Notes under the pieces: generated by a model | What the model saw: the letters and a program-made list of their open reading frames with translations, nothing else | Database searches by the model: none | What the model was told of the DNA's origin: nothing | In this document: in pieces, positions 1-9,997 of the stretch | How positions within the stretch are numbered: position 1 is the stretch's first letter | Layout of the letters: every line of letters begins with the position of its first letter | Program-made: the position numbers and the translations under genes | DNA from: Clostridia bacterium | Lineage (GTDB): Bacteria > Bacillota > Clostridia > Oscillospirales > CAG-272 | Direction: 5' to 3' | Length of the DNA: 64,000 bases | Assembly (NCBI GenBank): GCA_017464565.1 | Contig: JAFTZH010000008.1 | Span: 66,485 to 130,484 of the forward strand

Positions 1-1
1 G

Positions 2-268
2 GCACCGCTGACCTCCGACACTTGGGTGGGCGGAATAGATTTCTATTTTGAAGGCGAAATAGTGGCGACGGTCCCCCTCGTTGTCGGCAAGGACGTTGAC
101 GCGAATACCTTTGCTATCTCAATGGACAAGGCGAAAAAATTTATAACGAGCCGTACTTTTATCATTTCCGTAGTATCGTTCGCCGTATTGTTCGGTATAT
201 GGTTCTACTTTTTCGATTATAAAGCAAGACGGCGCAAAGCAAACAGAATACGTTACAGAAATTATTGA
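2..268 (+). CDS. 3' end of a CDS entering from upstream of the window; membrane-anchored C-terminal fragment, possibly a PBP5-type D-Ala-D-Ala carboxypeptidase tail
   Basis: The reading frame is open from nt 2 into the listed 26..268 ORF. The GEIVATVPLVVGKDV segment resembles the PBP5 C-terminal domain. It is followed by a hydrophobic anchor (IISVVSFAVLFGIWFYFF) and a basic tail. Confidence 0.45.
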   Translation, partial: APLTSDTWVGGIDFYFEGEIVATVPLVVGKDVDANTFAISMDKAKKFITSRTFIISVVSFAVLFGIWFYFFDYKARRRKANRIRYRNY

Positions 269-286
269 ATTCAAAGCATAAAATTA

Positions 287-310
287 ACCCCCGACGGAAT
301 CGTCGGGGGT
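287..310. terminator. GC-rich hairpin between convergent genes (ACCCCCGACG-gaat-CGTCGGGGGT), likely a bidirectional terminator
   Basis: Perfect 10-bp stem with a 4-nt loop, A/T-rich flanks on both sides, located between two convergent stop codons. Confidence 0.7.
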
Positions 311-323
311 TGTAATTTTACTA

Positions 324-1436
324 TTAGTGAACGATGCAACGCTCGGTATCCTTGTCGAAGATGTGAAGTCTTGACATATCGAAGGATACTTTAATCTTGT
401 CGCCTGCTCTCGTTCTGGAACGAGAGGATACGCGCGCGATAAGGTTGGTCTCCTCGCCTACGCTGAGGTAGAGATATATCTCCGCACCCATAAGCTCGGT
501 AACGTCAACGTTAACCTCAAACGAGTTTTCAGCCGACTCGTCGATATCCGCACTGTCGCTGATACACTCGGGACGAAGACCCGCAACAACTTCCTTGCCG
601 ATAAACTCAGCAAGCTCGGGAGCATTTGCCTTGTCCTTGGGAAGCTTGAGGGAAATTCCTTCAAAGGTGAAATAAACGTCATCACCCTTCTTGTCAAGCT
701 TACCGTTCATAAAGTTCATCTGAGGAGTTCCGATAAAGCCTGCAACGAAGATGTTGCAAGGAGTATCGTAAAGGTTCTGAGGAGTATCGACCTGCTGGAT
801 AAGACCGTCCTTCATAACGACGATTCTCGTCGCCATCGTCATAGCCTCTACCTGGTCGTGAGTTACGTATACGAAGGTCGTTCCGACTCTGTTGTGAAGC
901 TTGGTAAGCTCGGTTCTCATCGATGCACGGAGCTTAGCGTCGAGGTTGGAAAGCGGCTCGTCAAGAAGGAATACCTTGGGGTTACGGACGATAGCACGGC
1001 CAAGTGCGACACGCTGCTTCTGACCGCCCGAAAGAGCCTTCGGCTTTCTGTCGAGAAGGTGGGTAATACCGAGGATTCTTGCTGCTTCCTCAACGCGCTT
1101 TTTAATCTCCTCCTTCGGAGTCTTATTGAGCTTAAGTCCGAAAGCCATATTCTCGAAAACCGACATATGAGGATAAAGAGCGTAGTTCTGGAACACCATC
1201 GCTATCTTTCTGTCCTTAGGAGCTACGTCATTGACGAGATCATCGCCGATGAACAATTCTCCCTCGGTAATTTCCTCAAGTCCCGCGATCATACGGAGAG
1301 TAGTGGTCTTTCCGCATCCGGAAGGTCCTACGAGAACGAGAAATTCTTTGTCTTTAACTTCAAGGTTGAAATCCGATACGGCGGTAACGCCTCCCGGATA
1401 TTTTTTGTAGATATGTCTGAGTGAAATACTTGCCAT
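324..1436 (-). CDS. sugar ABC-transporter ATP-binding subunit (MalK/MsmX/UgpC family)
   Basis: Walker [13 protein letters not shown] signature [14 protein letters not shown], Walker B FLLDEPLS, and a C-terminal MalK-type regulatory (TOBE-like) extension. 370 aa. Confidence 0.92.
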   Translation of the reverse strand: MASISLRHIYKKYPGGVTAVSDFNLEVKDKEFLVLVGPSGCGKTTTLRMIAGLEEITEGELFIGDDLVNDVAPKDRKIAMVFQNYALYPHMSVFENMAFGLKLNKTPKEEIKKRVEEAARILGITHLLDRKPKALSGGQKQRVALGRAIVRNPKVFLLDEPLSNLDAKLRASMRTELTKLHNRVGTTFVYVTHDQVEAMTMATRIVVMKDGLIQQVDTPQNLYDTPCNIFVAGFIGTPQMNFMNGKLDKKGDDVYFTFEGISLKLPKDKANAPELAEFIGKEVVAGLRPECISDSADIDESAENSFEVNVDVTELMGAEIYLYLSVGEETNLIARVSSRSRTRAGDKIKVSFDMSRLHIFDKDTERCIVH

Positions 1437-1631
1437 TTGGAACGATCCTCCTATGTATATAATCCTTTTATGATAGACATACTTTTGTACTCTAATATTG
1501 TACCAAATTTACAGCCAAATGAAAAGAGGGTAAATCCCCAAAATTTTGCGCTCTTGTTTGTGCATATTTCACAATTCGTGTGTTTTTTGTATGAACAGAC
1601 CATTCACAAACAAGAATTTTGTTTTAATATA

Positions 1632-3791
1632 TTAAAGACCTTTCATCGAAAGCGATATTCTTTTCTTCTTTAGGTCTACCGAAAGAACCTTTACCTTAAC
1701 CGCGTCTCCGAGAGAAACCACCTCCGACGGATGCTTTACGTACCTGTCCGCAAGCTCCGATATATGCACCAAACCGTCCTGATGAACTCCTATATCGACG
1801 AACGCGCCGAAATCTATAACGTTGCGCACGGTTCCGTCAAGCACCATATTGGGCTTAAGGTCCTCCATACTCATAACGTCGTCGCGGAGCACGGGAAGCG
1901 GAAGCGAATCTCTTACGTCACGTCCGGGCTTCTGAAGCTCGGTTATTATATCCTTCAGCGTGGGTTCTCCTATTCCAAGCTCCTCACAGACCTTTTTCTT
2001 TCCGTAAGCCGAAACCTTCTCGTCAAGCTCGGAGAGCCGTCCCTCTGCCACGTCCTCCATAGTATATCCGAAAACAGCAAGCAGCTTTTTCGCCGCGTCG
2101 TATGACTCGGGGTGAACACCCGTGTTATCGAGTATCTCCTTTGAGTGAGGAACCCTGAGAAATCCCGCGCACTGCTCAAAGGCTTTAGCTCCCACTCTCG
2201 GAACCTTAAGTATCTGCGCGCGGGAGGTGAACTCTCCGTTCTCCTCGCGGTATTTTACTATATTTTTAGCCGAGGTCGTATTTATACCCGCTATGTAAGA
2301 AAGAAGCGAATAGGACGCCGTGTTTACGTCAACGCCGACCGAGTTTACGCAGTCCTCGACCACTCCGCCCAGCGCGTCGTCAAGACGCGATTGCTTCATA
2401 TCGTGCTGATACTGTCCGACTCCTATCGACTTCGGATCTATCTTTACCAGCTCCGCGAGCGGGTCCTGAAGTCTGCGCGCGATAGATACCGCCGAGCGCT
2501 GCATAACGTCAAACTGCGGAAATTCCTCAGCCGCGAGCTTCGACGCCGAGTATACCGACGCGCCCGCTTCGTTGACTATGATATATTTGCAGAAATCACA
2601 GCCCGATTCTTTAAGCGTCTCCGCGATAAACATCTCGCTCTCTTTAGACGCCGTGCCGTTTCCTATCGCCACCACGTCTACCTTATATTTTCTCACCATA
2701 TCGGTGATTATCTTTTTTCCTTCTTCTATTTTGTATTTCGAATGGGTGGTCGGATATATAACCGCCGTATCAAGCACCTTTCCCGTCTTATCGACGACCG
2801 CGGTTTTACAGCCGTTGACGTATCCCGGGTCGAATCCGAGCACCGTTTTTCCTTTAAGCGGAGCCTGCATAAGAAGATGGCGGAGATTTTCGGAAAACAG
2901 CTTGATAGCTCCCTCCCCCGCCGCGTCGGTCATATCGTTTCTTATCTCTCTCTCGATAGAGGGAGCGATAAGTCTGTCATAGCTGTCTATTACCGCCTCG
3001 GATATATACTTTGCCGCGGGACTGCTTTGGTTGGATATCATAACCGAAAGAAGATAATTGAGTATCATATCCTTCTCAACGGTAATCGAGACCTTAAGAA
3101 ACTCCTCTTTTTCACCTCTGTTGACGGCGAGTATTCTGTGATGAGGCATCTTCTTTATGCTCTCGGAGTATTCGTAATACTGCGAATATACCGAATCCTC
3201 GTTCTTTGCGTTTTTGGAATTGAGAAGTCCGAAATCAAAGGTTATCTTTCTCACCGTTTTTCTGAACTCGGCGTTATCCGAAACGTCCTCCGCGATAATA
3301 TCGCAAGCGCCTCTGAGCGCGCTTTCGGCGCTGTCCACTCCGTTCTCCTCGTTGACGAACGCTATCGCCGCTTCTTCTATCGAAGGCTCGTACGAGTCAA
3401 GCTGACTCATAATAAGCTCGGCAAGCTCTCCGAGTCCTCTCTCTCTCGCGACCGAAGCTCTCGTTTTTCTGTGAGGCCGGAAGGGGCGGTAGATATCGTC
3501 CACTTCGGTTATAGTTACGGCGGCGTCTATCTGCGCCGCAAGCTCGTCCGTAAGCTTTCCCTGCTCCGCGATGAGCGACTTTACCTCTTCCTTTCTCTTC
3601 TCTATATTGCGAAGATAAGTAAGTCTGTCGTCGAGCTTACGGAGAACCTCGTCGTCAAGACTTCCCGTAACCTCCTTACGATACCGCGCGATAAAGGGTA
3701 TCGTATTCCCCTCGTCGATAAGCGCCACCGTCTTCTCTACCTGTTCTTCTCTGAGATTTAATTCTTCGGCAAGTTTTTTGATAATATCCAT
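1632..3791 (-). CDS. tex: Tex-family transcription accessory protein (YqgF/RuvC-like, HhH and C-terminal S1 domains)
   Basis: 719 aa. N-terminus ...IPFIARYRKE..., C-terminal S1 domain (GTVRNVIDFGAFVDIGVHQDGLVHISEL). Confidence 0.93.
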   Translation of the reverse strand: MDIIKKLAEELNLREEQVEKTVALIDEGNTIPFIARYRKEVTGSLDDEVLRKLDDRLTYLRNIEKRKEEVKSLIAEQGKLTDELAAQIDAAVTITEVDDIYRPFRPHRKTRASVARERGLGELAELIMSQLDSYEPSIEEAAIAFVNEENGVDSAESALRGACDIIAEDVSDNAEFRKTVRKITFDFGLLNSKNAKNEDSVYSQYYEYSESIKKMPHHRILAVNRGEKEEFLKVSITVEKDMILNYLLSVMISNQSSPAAKYISEAVIDSYDRLIAPSIEREIRNDMTDAAGEGAIKLFSENLRHLLMQAPLKGKTVLGFDPGYVNGCKTAVVDKTGKVLDTAVIYPTTHSKYKIEEGKKIITDMVRKYKVDVVAIGNGTASKESEMFIAETLKESGCDFCKYIIVNEAGASVYSASKLAAEEFPQFDVMQRSAVSIARRLQDPLAELVKIDPKSIGVGQYQHDMKQSRLDDALGGVVEDCVNSVGVDVNTASYSLLSYIAGINTTSAKNIVKYREENGEFTSRAQILKVPRVGAKAFEQCAGFLRVPHSKEILDNTGVHPESYDAAKKLLAVFGYTMEDVAEGRLSELDEKVSAYGKKKVCEELGIGEPTLKDIITELQKPGRDVRDSLPLPVLRDDVMSMEDLKPNMVLDGTVRNVIDFGAFVDIGVHQDGLVHISELADRYVKHPSEVVSLGDAVKVKVLSVDLKKKRISLSMKGL

Positions 3792-3807
3792 AATTTATAC
3801 CGTCCTG

Positions 3808-4548
3808 TTATATATTGGCATTGGGAATTTCAGATATTCCCGCAATTTTTTCAAGCTCTTCCTGCTCGCTCTCGCTCAGATATCTCCATTCTCCCCTTGG
3901 AAGCGTATTTTCGTCAAGCTCAAGCCCCGCGAAGCTTATTCTTTCAAGATAGGTTATCTTGTTTCCGAGCGCGTCAAGCATTCTTTTTATTTGATGATAT
4001 TTTCCCTCGTACAGGGTTATGATTCCCTCGTCTCCGTCCCCCAAAAGCTCTATTTCGGCGGGCTTCGTAACGTAACCGTCCTCAAGGGTAACTCCTCTCT
4101 CAAAGCGCTCCGCGTCCTCTCGGCTCACGGGGAATTTAGAACGGAATCTGTATTTTTTGCGAACGTGGCTCTTTGGAGCGAGTAGTCTGTGTGAAAGCTC
4201 TCCGTTGTCTGTCAGGAGCATAAGACCGAGAGTGTTTTTATCCAGCCGCCCGCACGGAAAAAGTCCTTTTTTTCTAAATTCCTCGGGCAAAAGGTCAAGA
4301 ACCGTCTTTTCCTTCGGGTCGTCGGTCGCGCTGACGTACCCCTCGGGCTTATTCAATAATATATACGTGTATTTTCGATACTCTACGCGCTTTCCCTTAA
4401 AGAAAACCTCGTCGGTCTCGGGAGATATTTGCATATCCGCGTTCTTCGCCGCCGAGCCGTTCACAAACACCTCTCCGCCGCGAACCGCTCTTTTGCTCTC
4501 GCTCCGAGTAGCTACGGCGCAGACGCTCAAAAACCTGTCAAGTCTCAT
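3808..4548 (-). CDS. RsuA/RluB-family pseudouridine synthase (S4 domain plus catalytic GRLDxxTxGLmLLTnDG motif)
   Basis: N-terminal S4-like MRLDRFLS..., catalytic Asp motif GRLDKNTLGLMLLTDNG. 246 aa. Confidence 0.88.
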   Translation of the reverse strand: MRLDRFLSVCAVATRSESKRAVRGGEVFVNGSAAKNADMQISPETDEVFFKGKRVEYRKYTYILLNKPEGYVSATDDPKEKTVLDLLPEEFRKKGLFPCGRLDKNTLGLMLLTDNGELSHRLLAPKSHVRKKYRFRSKFPVSREDAERFERGVTLEDGYVTKPAEIELLGDGDEGIITLYEGKYHQIKRMLDALGNKITYLERISFAGLELDENTLPRGEWRYLSESEQEELEKIAGISEIPNANI

Positions 4549-4563
4549 AAGCCCTCCGAAAAA

Positions 4564-4659
4564 TCACATCATAAATACGGCGAGCAGTATAGCCGCCACC
4601 GCTCCGCAAAAGGAAAGACCGACGAAAAATCCTATCGCGAAATCTCTTTTTCCGTCCAT
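4564..4659 (-). CDS. unlisted 31-codon ORF encoding a small hydrophobic peptide (MDGKRDFAIGFFVGLSFCGAVAAILLAVFMM)
   Basis: ATG preceded by GGAGGTGATATT (strong SD with a 7-nt spacer). One predicted TM helix. The ORF fills the gap between the EamA gene and the pseudouridine synthase gene on the same strand. Confidence 0.5.
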   Translation of the reverse strand: MDGKRDFAIGFFVGLSFCGAVAAILLAVFMM

Positions 4660-4709
4660 AATATCACCTCCGAGGATTATTATAGACAGTTTTCTACATA
4701 AATATTATA

Positions 4710-5624
4710 TTATGGAATATAATTTATATCCCGAAATCCGCCGTCCTTCTTCTTTAGGGTAATCTGGGATAAAATTATTCCCGCGAATATAAATCCGCAG
4801 CCGACGTATCCGAGCAAGGATATGGTATCTATGCCAAATACGAGTCCTCCTATCGCGCTGAAAACCGATTCGGTAGACAGCACTATCGCTGCAAACGTAG
4901 GGTCGGCCTTCTTTTGCGCGACAATCTGCAAGGTATACGCAACGCCTACCGACAACACGCCGCAGTAAAGAAGCGACCATTTCGCCGCAAAAACACCCTC
5001 GGCAGTGGGATTCTCAAAGATAAACGTACCTATAAGACCCAAAACGGCGCAAACCGCAAACTGCCCCCAGGCAAAATGCAGAGAGCGGAGCTGTTTTCCA
5101 AGCCTGTCCACTATTATCATATGCGCGGTCCAGAAGAACGAGCCTATAAGAAGAAGCATCTCTCCGGCACCAAAGGATAAGCCTTCGCCGGGAACGTAAC
5201 ACAAAAGAAAGAGACCCGCCACGGCGCATATCGAACCTATCCATATATTTATACCCGTGCGCGTTTTGAAGAGCAGAAAGCAGGCTATCGGAATAAAAAC
5301 GGTATAAAGCCCCGTTATAAAGCCCGCGACTCCCGCACTGCCCGTCATATGTATGCCGTACTGCTGAAGCATAGAAGCGGCAAAGAGAACCGCGCCAGCT
5401 AAAGACGAATATATCAGCGTCTTTTTTCTCGTTTGAGGGTCGCTCCTTCCTCTTTCAAAGAATAAAGCCACGGGCAGCAGCGATATCACTCCGATAGCAA
5501 ACCTTATTCCGTTAAGAGTAAAAGGTCCTATATAGTTCGCTCCTTCCACCTGAGCAACGAAAGCAAAGCCCCATATCATAGCGGTCAGAAGAAGCAAAGC
5601 AGTAGAAAAAATTTTTGTCTTCAT
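4710..5624 (-). CDS. EamA/DMT-superfamily transporter (10 TM)
   Basis: 304 aa, highly hydrophobic, with two EamA-like repeats. Confidence 0.85.
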   Translation of the reverse strand: MKTKIFSTALLLLTAMIWGFAFVAQVEGANYIGPFTLNGIRFAIGVISLLPVALFFERGRSDPQTRKKTLIYSSLAGAVLFAASMLQQYGIHMTGSAGVAGFITGLYTVFIPIACFLLFKTRTGINIWIGSICAVAGLFLLCYVPGEGLSFGAGEMLLLIGSFFWTAHMIIVDRLGKQLRSLHFAWGQFAVCAVLGLIGTFIFENPTAEGVFAAKWSLLYCGVLSVGVAYTLQIVAQKKADPTFAAIVLSTESVFSAIGGLVFGIDTISLLGYVGCGFIFAGIILSQITLKKKDGGFRDINYIP

Positions 5625-5705
5625 AATATCTTTATTGTAATATTCGATATAATATTTTTAAACAATTTGCAGGCTGATTCAGACAAACGCTTACAAAATA
5701 TAAGA

Positions 5706-6431
5706 TTATTCGGCATTTTCAAATTCAATTATAGCCTTAAACATTGACTTTTCAAAGCCGTAAGCCTCGGCATCGCTGCTCTTTCCGACGACAAGCGGAC
5801 GAAGCAGACACACCACCGTATCCTCGGGCATAACCTGAAGCGCTCCGTAAGAATCGTATATCTCAAGGTCGCCGAGGCGATATCCGTATCCGTCTATCGA
5901 GCCGTCAGAATATCCGAGCACGTCGGAAAGCTTCATCAGTCTGTCATGAGCTCTCATATTCTCAAACAGCGAAGGGTCAACGAAGCATATCGAGCAATCC
6001 CCCGTTTGTATGTAATTGTAAAAATTATCATAATTGCCCGAATTGTACGACCTGTCAACGTATCCCGCTACTCCTGCCGCATCGGTCTGGGATTCTATAT
6101 TTTTTATTTGTTCTTCCGAGTATATTTGATATCCTACGGACTTCGTATCTTTTTTGCCGTTTTTGTCAAAATCCTCGGGCATAACAAAATTCATCACACT
6201 TTCAAAGTTACTCATCTCTTCTGCCGACATTTGCACGGGACCCGCGTAAAGCACCGCGATATCCTCTTTTTCGTTACTGCACATCTGCACCGTGCATACC
6301 ACGAACACAAGCACGAAGAAAAGCACGATTATCGTCGTCCACTTATAATGATACCAAAAATTTTCCACGCGGCGCAAAAAATTACTCTGCGGCTTTATAT
6401 CCGCGCCGCGTATCTTATCATCACCGTTCAT
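5706..6431 (-). CDS. hypothetical membrane-anchored protein (one N-terminal TM, extracytoplasmic domain)
   Basis: AGGAGGAATCCGT precedes the ATG. TM segment WTTIIVLFFVLVFVVCTV. No family recognised. Confidence 0.65.
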   Translation of the reverse strand: MNGDDKIRGADIKPQSNFLRRVENFWYHYKWTTIIVLFFVLVFVVCTVQMCSNEKEDIAVLYAGPVQMSAEEMSNFESVMNFVMPEDFDKNGKKDTKSVGYQIYSEEQIKNIESQTDAAGVAGYVDRSYNSGNYDNFYNYIQTGDCSICFVDPSLFENMRAHDRLMKLSDVLGYSDGSIDGYGYRLGDLEIYDSYGALQVMPEDTVVCLLRPLVVGKSSDAEAYGFEKSMFKAIIEFENAE

Positions 6432-6462
6432 ACGGATTCCTCCTGATAATCAAAATCAAATT

Positions 6463-6499
6463 TAAAAATCCGATGACGGCGCATACGCCGTCACCGGAT
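6463..6499 (-). terminator. rho-independent terminator downstream of greA
   Basis: On the minus strand: AUCCGGUGACGGCG-uaug-CGCCGUCAUCGGAU followed by UUUUU. Confidence 0.75.
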
Positions 6500-6516
6500 C
6501 ACGCTCACGTTTGGTT

Positions 6517-6993
6517 TTACTTAACTCTCGATACCTCAAGTATTTCAAGAGATACCTTTCCCGAAGGAACGTCGATAACTACTTTGTTTCCGGCGCGGGT
6601 ACCGATAAGCTTCTTTCCTATCGGAGACTGATCGGATATCTTGAAGCTGTCAGGGTCTACCTCGTTGGAGCCGACTATACTGTACTCTATCTCGCTTCCG
6701 TCAGCCGTTCTAACCTTTACCGACGAACCTATGCTTACTACCGTAGTATCAATAGCCTCTTCGTCAATGACCTTTGCGTGTCTTATAAGCTCTTCAAGCT
6801 CTTTTATTCTCGCCTCAACCTTCGCCTGCTCGTTTCTCGCCTCGTCGTACTCGGCGTTCTCGGAAAGGTCTCCGAAGGATCTTGCCTCCGCGATATCCTT
6901 CTTTATCTCCTCGCGTCTGGTTTTGGTTAAATAATTAAGCTCATCTACAAGTTTTTGATAGCCCTCGGGCGTATAAAGCTGTTCTTTAGACAT
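6517..6993 (-). CDS. greA: transcription elongation factor GreA
   Basis: 158 aa. Contains the ...SFGDLSENAEYDEARNEQ... GreA coiled-coil acidic tip. SD is AAGGAGAAATGAA. Confidence 0.95.
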   Translation of the reverse strand: MSKEQLYTPEGYQKLVDELNYLTKTRREEIKKDIAEARSFGDLSENAEYDEARNEQAKVEARIKELEELIRHAKVIDEEAIDTTVVSIGSSVKVRTADGSEIEYSIVGSNEVDPDSFKISDQSPIGKKLIGTRAGNKVVIDVPSGKVSLEILEVSRVK

Positions 6994-7017
6994 TTCATTT
7001 CTCCTTAAAGTTAATAA

Positions 7018-8532
7018 TTATCCAAGGCAATCCAAGGCGGCAGAAAGCTGTCCGTCAAGTGATTGCGGCAAAACGTAAATATTATATTTCTTCGCCTCAT
7101 CTGAAAGGTCAACCTCAACGTCAGGCTTTATGCCTACTCCGTCGTAGCCCTCACCGCAAGGCGGAAAATACATTTTCGTCGTGAGCTTGAGCGCCCCCGA
7201 ATATCCAAAAGAAGTAAGAGGCAGAATAGACTGCATACTTCCCTTTCCGTACGTCGTAATTCCGACTATATCCGCAAGCTCGTAATCTCTCATAGCCGCG
7301 GTAAAAAGCTCCGCCGCGCTCGCGGTGCTGTCGTTGCAAAGAACCGCGATATCTTCAATATTCTTATATTTTCCGATATCCTCTTTCGCGACATTGCAGC
7401 CCTTGTAATCCTCATCGTCATAGCTGACGGGCTGTACCTTTATTATCTCCTCGTTCCCGCTCTTATCCTTGGTGCTCAGAATAACATCTCCCTCATCGAG
7501 AAAATAGCTGAGCACGGCAACGATTGAGTTGAGGTCTCCGCCGGGATTATAGCGAACATCAAATACGAATTTCGTACATCCCTGTTTCAGCAAGGCGTCG
7601 ACCGCTTCGGAGAACTGCTCGGGAGCCGTCAGGTCAAACTGCGCTATCTTCACGATACCAACGCTCGCGTCAGCCTCGCTCACAGAAGAATACACCGATA
7701 CAGATTCGACCTCTTTGCGCTCAACCGAAAATTCAAGCTCGTCGTATTCGTCTCCATTCTCGCGCAAAACTGTAAATTTCGCCACAGTTCCCGCCTTGCC
7801 CTTAAGCTCTGACATAGCGGCGGTGTAGCCGAGAGAATCAATAAGCTCTCTTTCCTCGCCGATCCCCGCCCAAACGATATGGTCGCCTATACGAAGCCCC
7901 GCTTCATCCGCCGGACTGTCGGGAGTTACGCTTATAACCTCGATAGTCTTGTATTCGTATCCGTTTATAAGCGCCGTCGAATATATAACGCTTATTCCTA
8001 TTCCTTCAGACTCTCCCGCGGTCTCGCTCCGCATAGCTTTGTACTCTTCGGCATTGTAATATTCCGCATACAAATCGCCCGTCGCGTCAACGTAAGCCTT
8101 GAGGACCTTGTCGAGCATTTCGTCTTCATCGAGATCATAGTAAGAATAGCTTTCGAATATCTGACCGAGCAGCTCAAGCTGATCGTATTTTCCTTCGGCT
8201 CCCACTACGGCGTTCTGAAGCTTAGCCTCGGCAAGCTGTTTTTTATAATACGAGCCGCACAGCGTATACGTCAGCATAACCGCCGCAAGCACTAAAGCGA
8301 CCGCAGAGAAAAGAAAAGCGGATAAGGATAACTTTCTTTCCTTTTTCTCTTTTTGGGGAGGCGTGCCGTCTCCGAAAAGACTCTCTATTCTTTCGTCATC
8401 TCCGTCAACCGACGGATTAGGCTCTCTTCCGCCGTCATCGGAGGCGGAAAAAGCCATATCCCCATTTTCGGCGGATGCATCCGCCTCGGTAAAATCATTT
8501 AAATTATCATTGTTCTTATTTTCTTCTGACAC
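7018..8532 (-). CDS. S41-family C-terminal processing peptidase with PDZ domain, N-terminal TM anchor
   Basis: PDZ motif (VTPDSPADEAGLRIGDHIV) and an S41 catalytic region (NDSTASAAELFTAAMRD). The annotated start is GTG with a weak SD, so the exact start is uncertain. Confidence 0.85.
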   Translation of the reverse strand: MSEENKNNDNLNDFTEADASAENGDMAFSASDDGGREPNPSVDGDDERIESLFGDGTPPQKEKKERKLSLSAFLFSAVALVLAAVMLTYTLCGSYYKKQLAEAKLQNAVVGAEGKYDQLELLGQIFESYSYYDLDEDEMLDKVLKAYVDATGDLYAEYYNAEEYKAMRSETAGESEGIGISVIYSTALINGYEYKTIEVISVTPDSPADEAGLRIGDHIVWAGIGEERELIDSLGYTAAMSELKGKAGTVAKFTVLRENGDEYDELEFSVERKEVESVSVYSSVSEADASVGIVKIAQFDLTAPEQFSEAVDALLKQGCTKFVFDVRYNPGGDLNSIVAVLSYFLDEGDVILSTKDKSGNEEIIKVQPVSYDDEDYKGCNVAKEDIGKYKNIEDIAVLCNDSTASAAELFTAAMRDYELADIVGITTYGKGSMQSILPLTSFGYSGALKLTTKMYFPPCGEGYDGVGIKPDVEVDLSDEAKKYNIYVLPQSLDGQLSAALDCLG

Positions 8533-8729
8533 CGTTACGACAAAAACCTTTCAATAATGGTATTTGCGAAGCCGTACTTCACATCATACGTCAGCAAAGC
8601 GTCAAAACCTTGTCCGAAAGCACCGACCGCGCCTCGGAGGCGGTTCAATCAAGTCAAAAGCGGAACTCCGCATTTAATTATATGAATCGGCGGAAGAGAT
8701 TCTTCCGCGCGAATCAATTTTACCCGTGA

Positions 8730-9815
8730 TTAAAATTTTACGGGCTTTGAATTAAGATATTTCTTAACCATAAGAGCCACCTTGAAGGTGATAGCGTGCT
8801 CAAACTCGCGCAGGTCAAGACCCGTTATCTTGCGTATCTTTTCAAGTCTGTAAACGAGAGTGTTTCTGTGTACGAAAAGCTTTCTCGAGGTCTCGGACAC
8901 GTTGAGGTTGTTCTCAAAGAAGCACTGTATCGTCATAAGCGTTTCTCTGTCGAGAGACTCAAGATTACCCTTCTTGAATACCTCCTGCAAAAACATCTCG
9001 CAAAGAGTGGTGGGAAGCTGGTATATAAGTCTTCCTATTCCGAGATTTTCGTAGCTTATGATATTCTTCTCTGTCTCGAACACCTTGCCGACCTCAAGAG
9101 CCACCTGCGCCTCCTGATAAGCCTTGGCAAGATCCTTTATGTTGTCAACGACGGTAGATATACCGATAGATACCTTAGTATAGAATTCGGTAGAGAGAGT
9201 ATCCGCGATATTGGTAGCTATCTTCTCTATCTCCTTGATATCGGTTCCGGGCTTAAGCTCCTTGACGAGAACTATGTCGTGCTCTCCGACGCTTATAACG
9301 TAATCTCTCGACTTGTCGGGGAACATATTTTGAAGCATTTCAAAGGGCATCATATCGGTCTTGCCGAAGAACTTGACGAGAAATACTATTCGAGGATCCT
9401 CGGTATTAAAATGAAGCTCCTTGGATTTGATATAGATATCGCTGGGAAGAATATTATCGAGAATAATATTCTTTATGAACGAGCCCTTGTCGTATTTTTC
9501 ATCGTAAAGACTCTTTATGTTTCCGAGAGAAACGGCGAGAAGCTTGGACATCTTTTCAGCCATCTTATCCTGTCCCTCGACGAAAACTATGTACTCGCTC
9601 TTCTGTCCGGGTCCCATATAGCGATAAGTATATCCCTCAATAGTCATCACCTCAGACGAGAAGGAAAGCTCCTCGCGCACACCCTGCCTTACGTCGCCCA
9701 TCTTTCCGAGATCGGAGCAGGATATGACCACGCCGTTCTCATCAATAACGCCGATAACGCGGTCGAAAGCGTCCTTCATCTGATATATTACGCCTTGGAA
9801 TAATCTGTTTGACAT
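8730..9815 (-). CDS. PucR/CdaR-family transcriptional regulator
   Basis: C-terminal PucR-type HTH (...SETSRKLFVHRNTLVYRLEKIRKITGLD...). I prefer the ATG at 9815 (GAGG 9 nt upstream) over the GTG at 9830. Confidence 0.85.
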   Translation of the reverse strand: MSNRLFQGVIYQMKDAFDRVIGVIDENGVVISCSDLGKMGDVRQGVREELSFSSEVMTIEGYTYRYMGPGQKSEYIVFVEGQDKMAEKMSKLLAVSLGNIKSLYDEKYDKGSFIKNIILDNILPSDIYIKSKELHFNTEDPRIVFLVKFFGKTDMMPFEMLQNMFPDKSRDYVISVGEHDIVLVKELKPGTDIKEIEKIATNIADTLSTEFYTKVSIGISTVVDNIKDLAKAYQEAQVALEVGKVFETEKNIISYENLGIGRLIYQLPTTLCEMFLQEVFKKGNLESLDRETLMTIQCFFENNLNVSETSRKLFVHRNTLVYRLEKIRKITGLDLREFEHAITFKVALMVKKYLNSKPVKF

Positions 9816-9997
9816 ACGTCTATACCTCACATTTTATTATTCTTTTGTCTCGCATTGTATATACTACCCTATATTTTATACTACTTTTTGTGATTTTTCA
9901 ATAGGTTTTTCAATATTTTTTATAAATTTTTCTAATTTTTTTGTCGCTTATTTGTATATTCGCCAAACCGTTCGTAAAAATTCAACAAAAAGTCTTT

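Noticed and set aside
2145-3761. 538-aa ORF on the plus strand, antisense to tex.
   Set aside because: It is entirely embedded opposite a well-conserved gene. The translation is low-complexity and rich in Arg, Leu, Ser and Tyr, with no recognisable motifs. This is a typical shadow ORF. The same reasoning applies to 858..1424, 4157..4762 and 5946..6446.
8796-9803. 335-aa antisense ORF opposite the PucR-family regulator, and similar long antisense ORFs at 11224..12321, 24570..25565, 29597..30433, 39607..40599, 42050..43081, 58484..59320 and 63027..63665.
   Set aside because: Each lies opposite a gene with clear family motifs, lacks an SD and start context, and has shadow-frame composition. 63027..63665 lies opposite the GH4 gene, which is missing from the ORF track only because it runs off the window.
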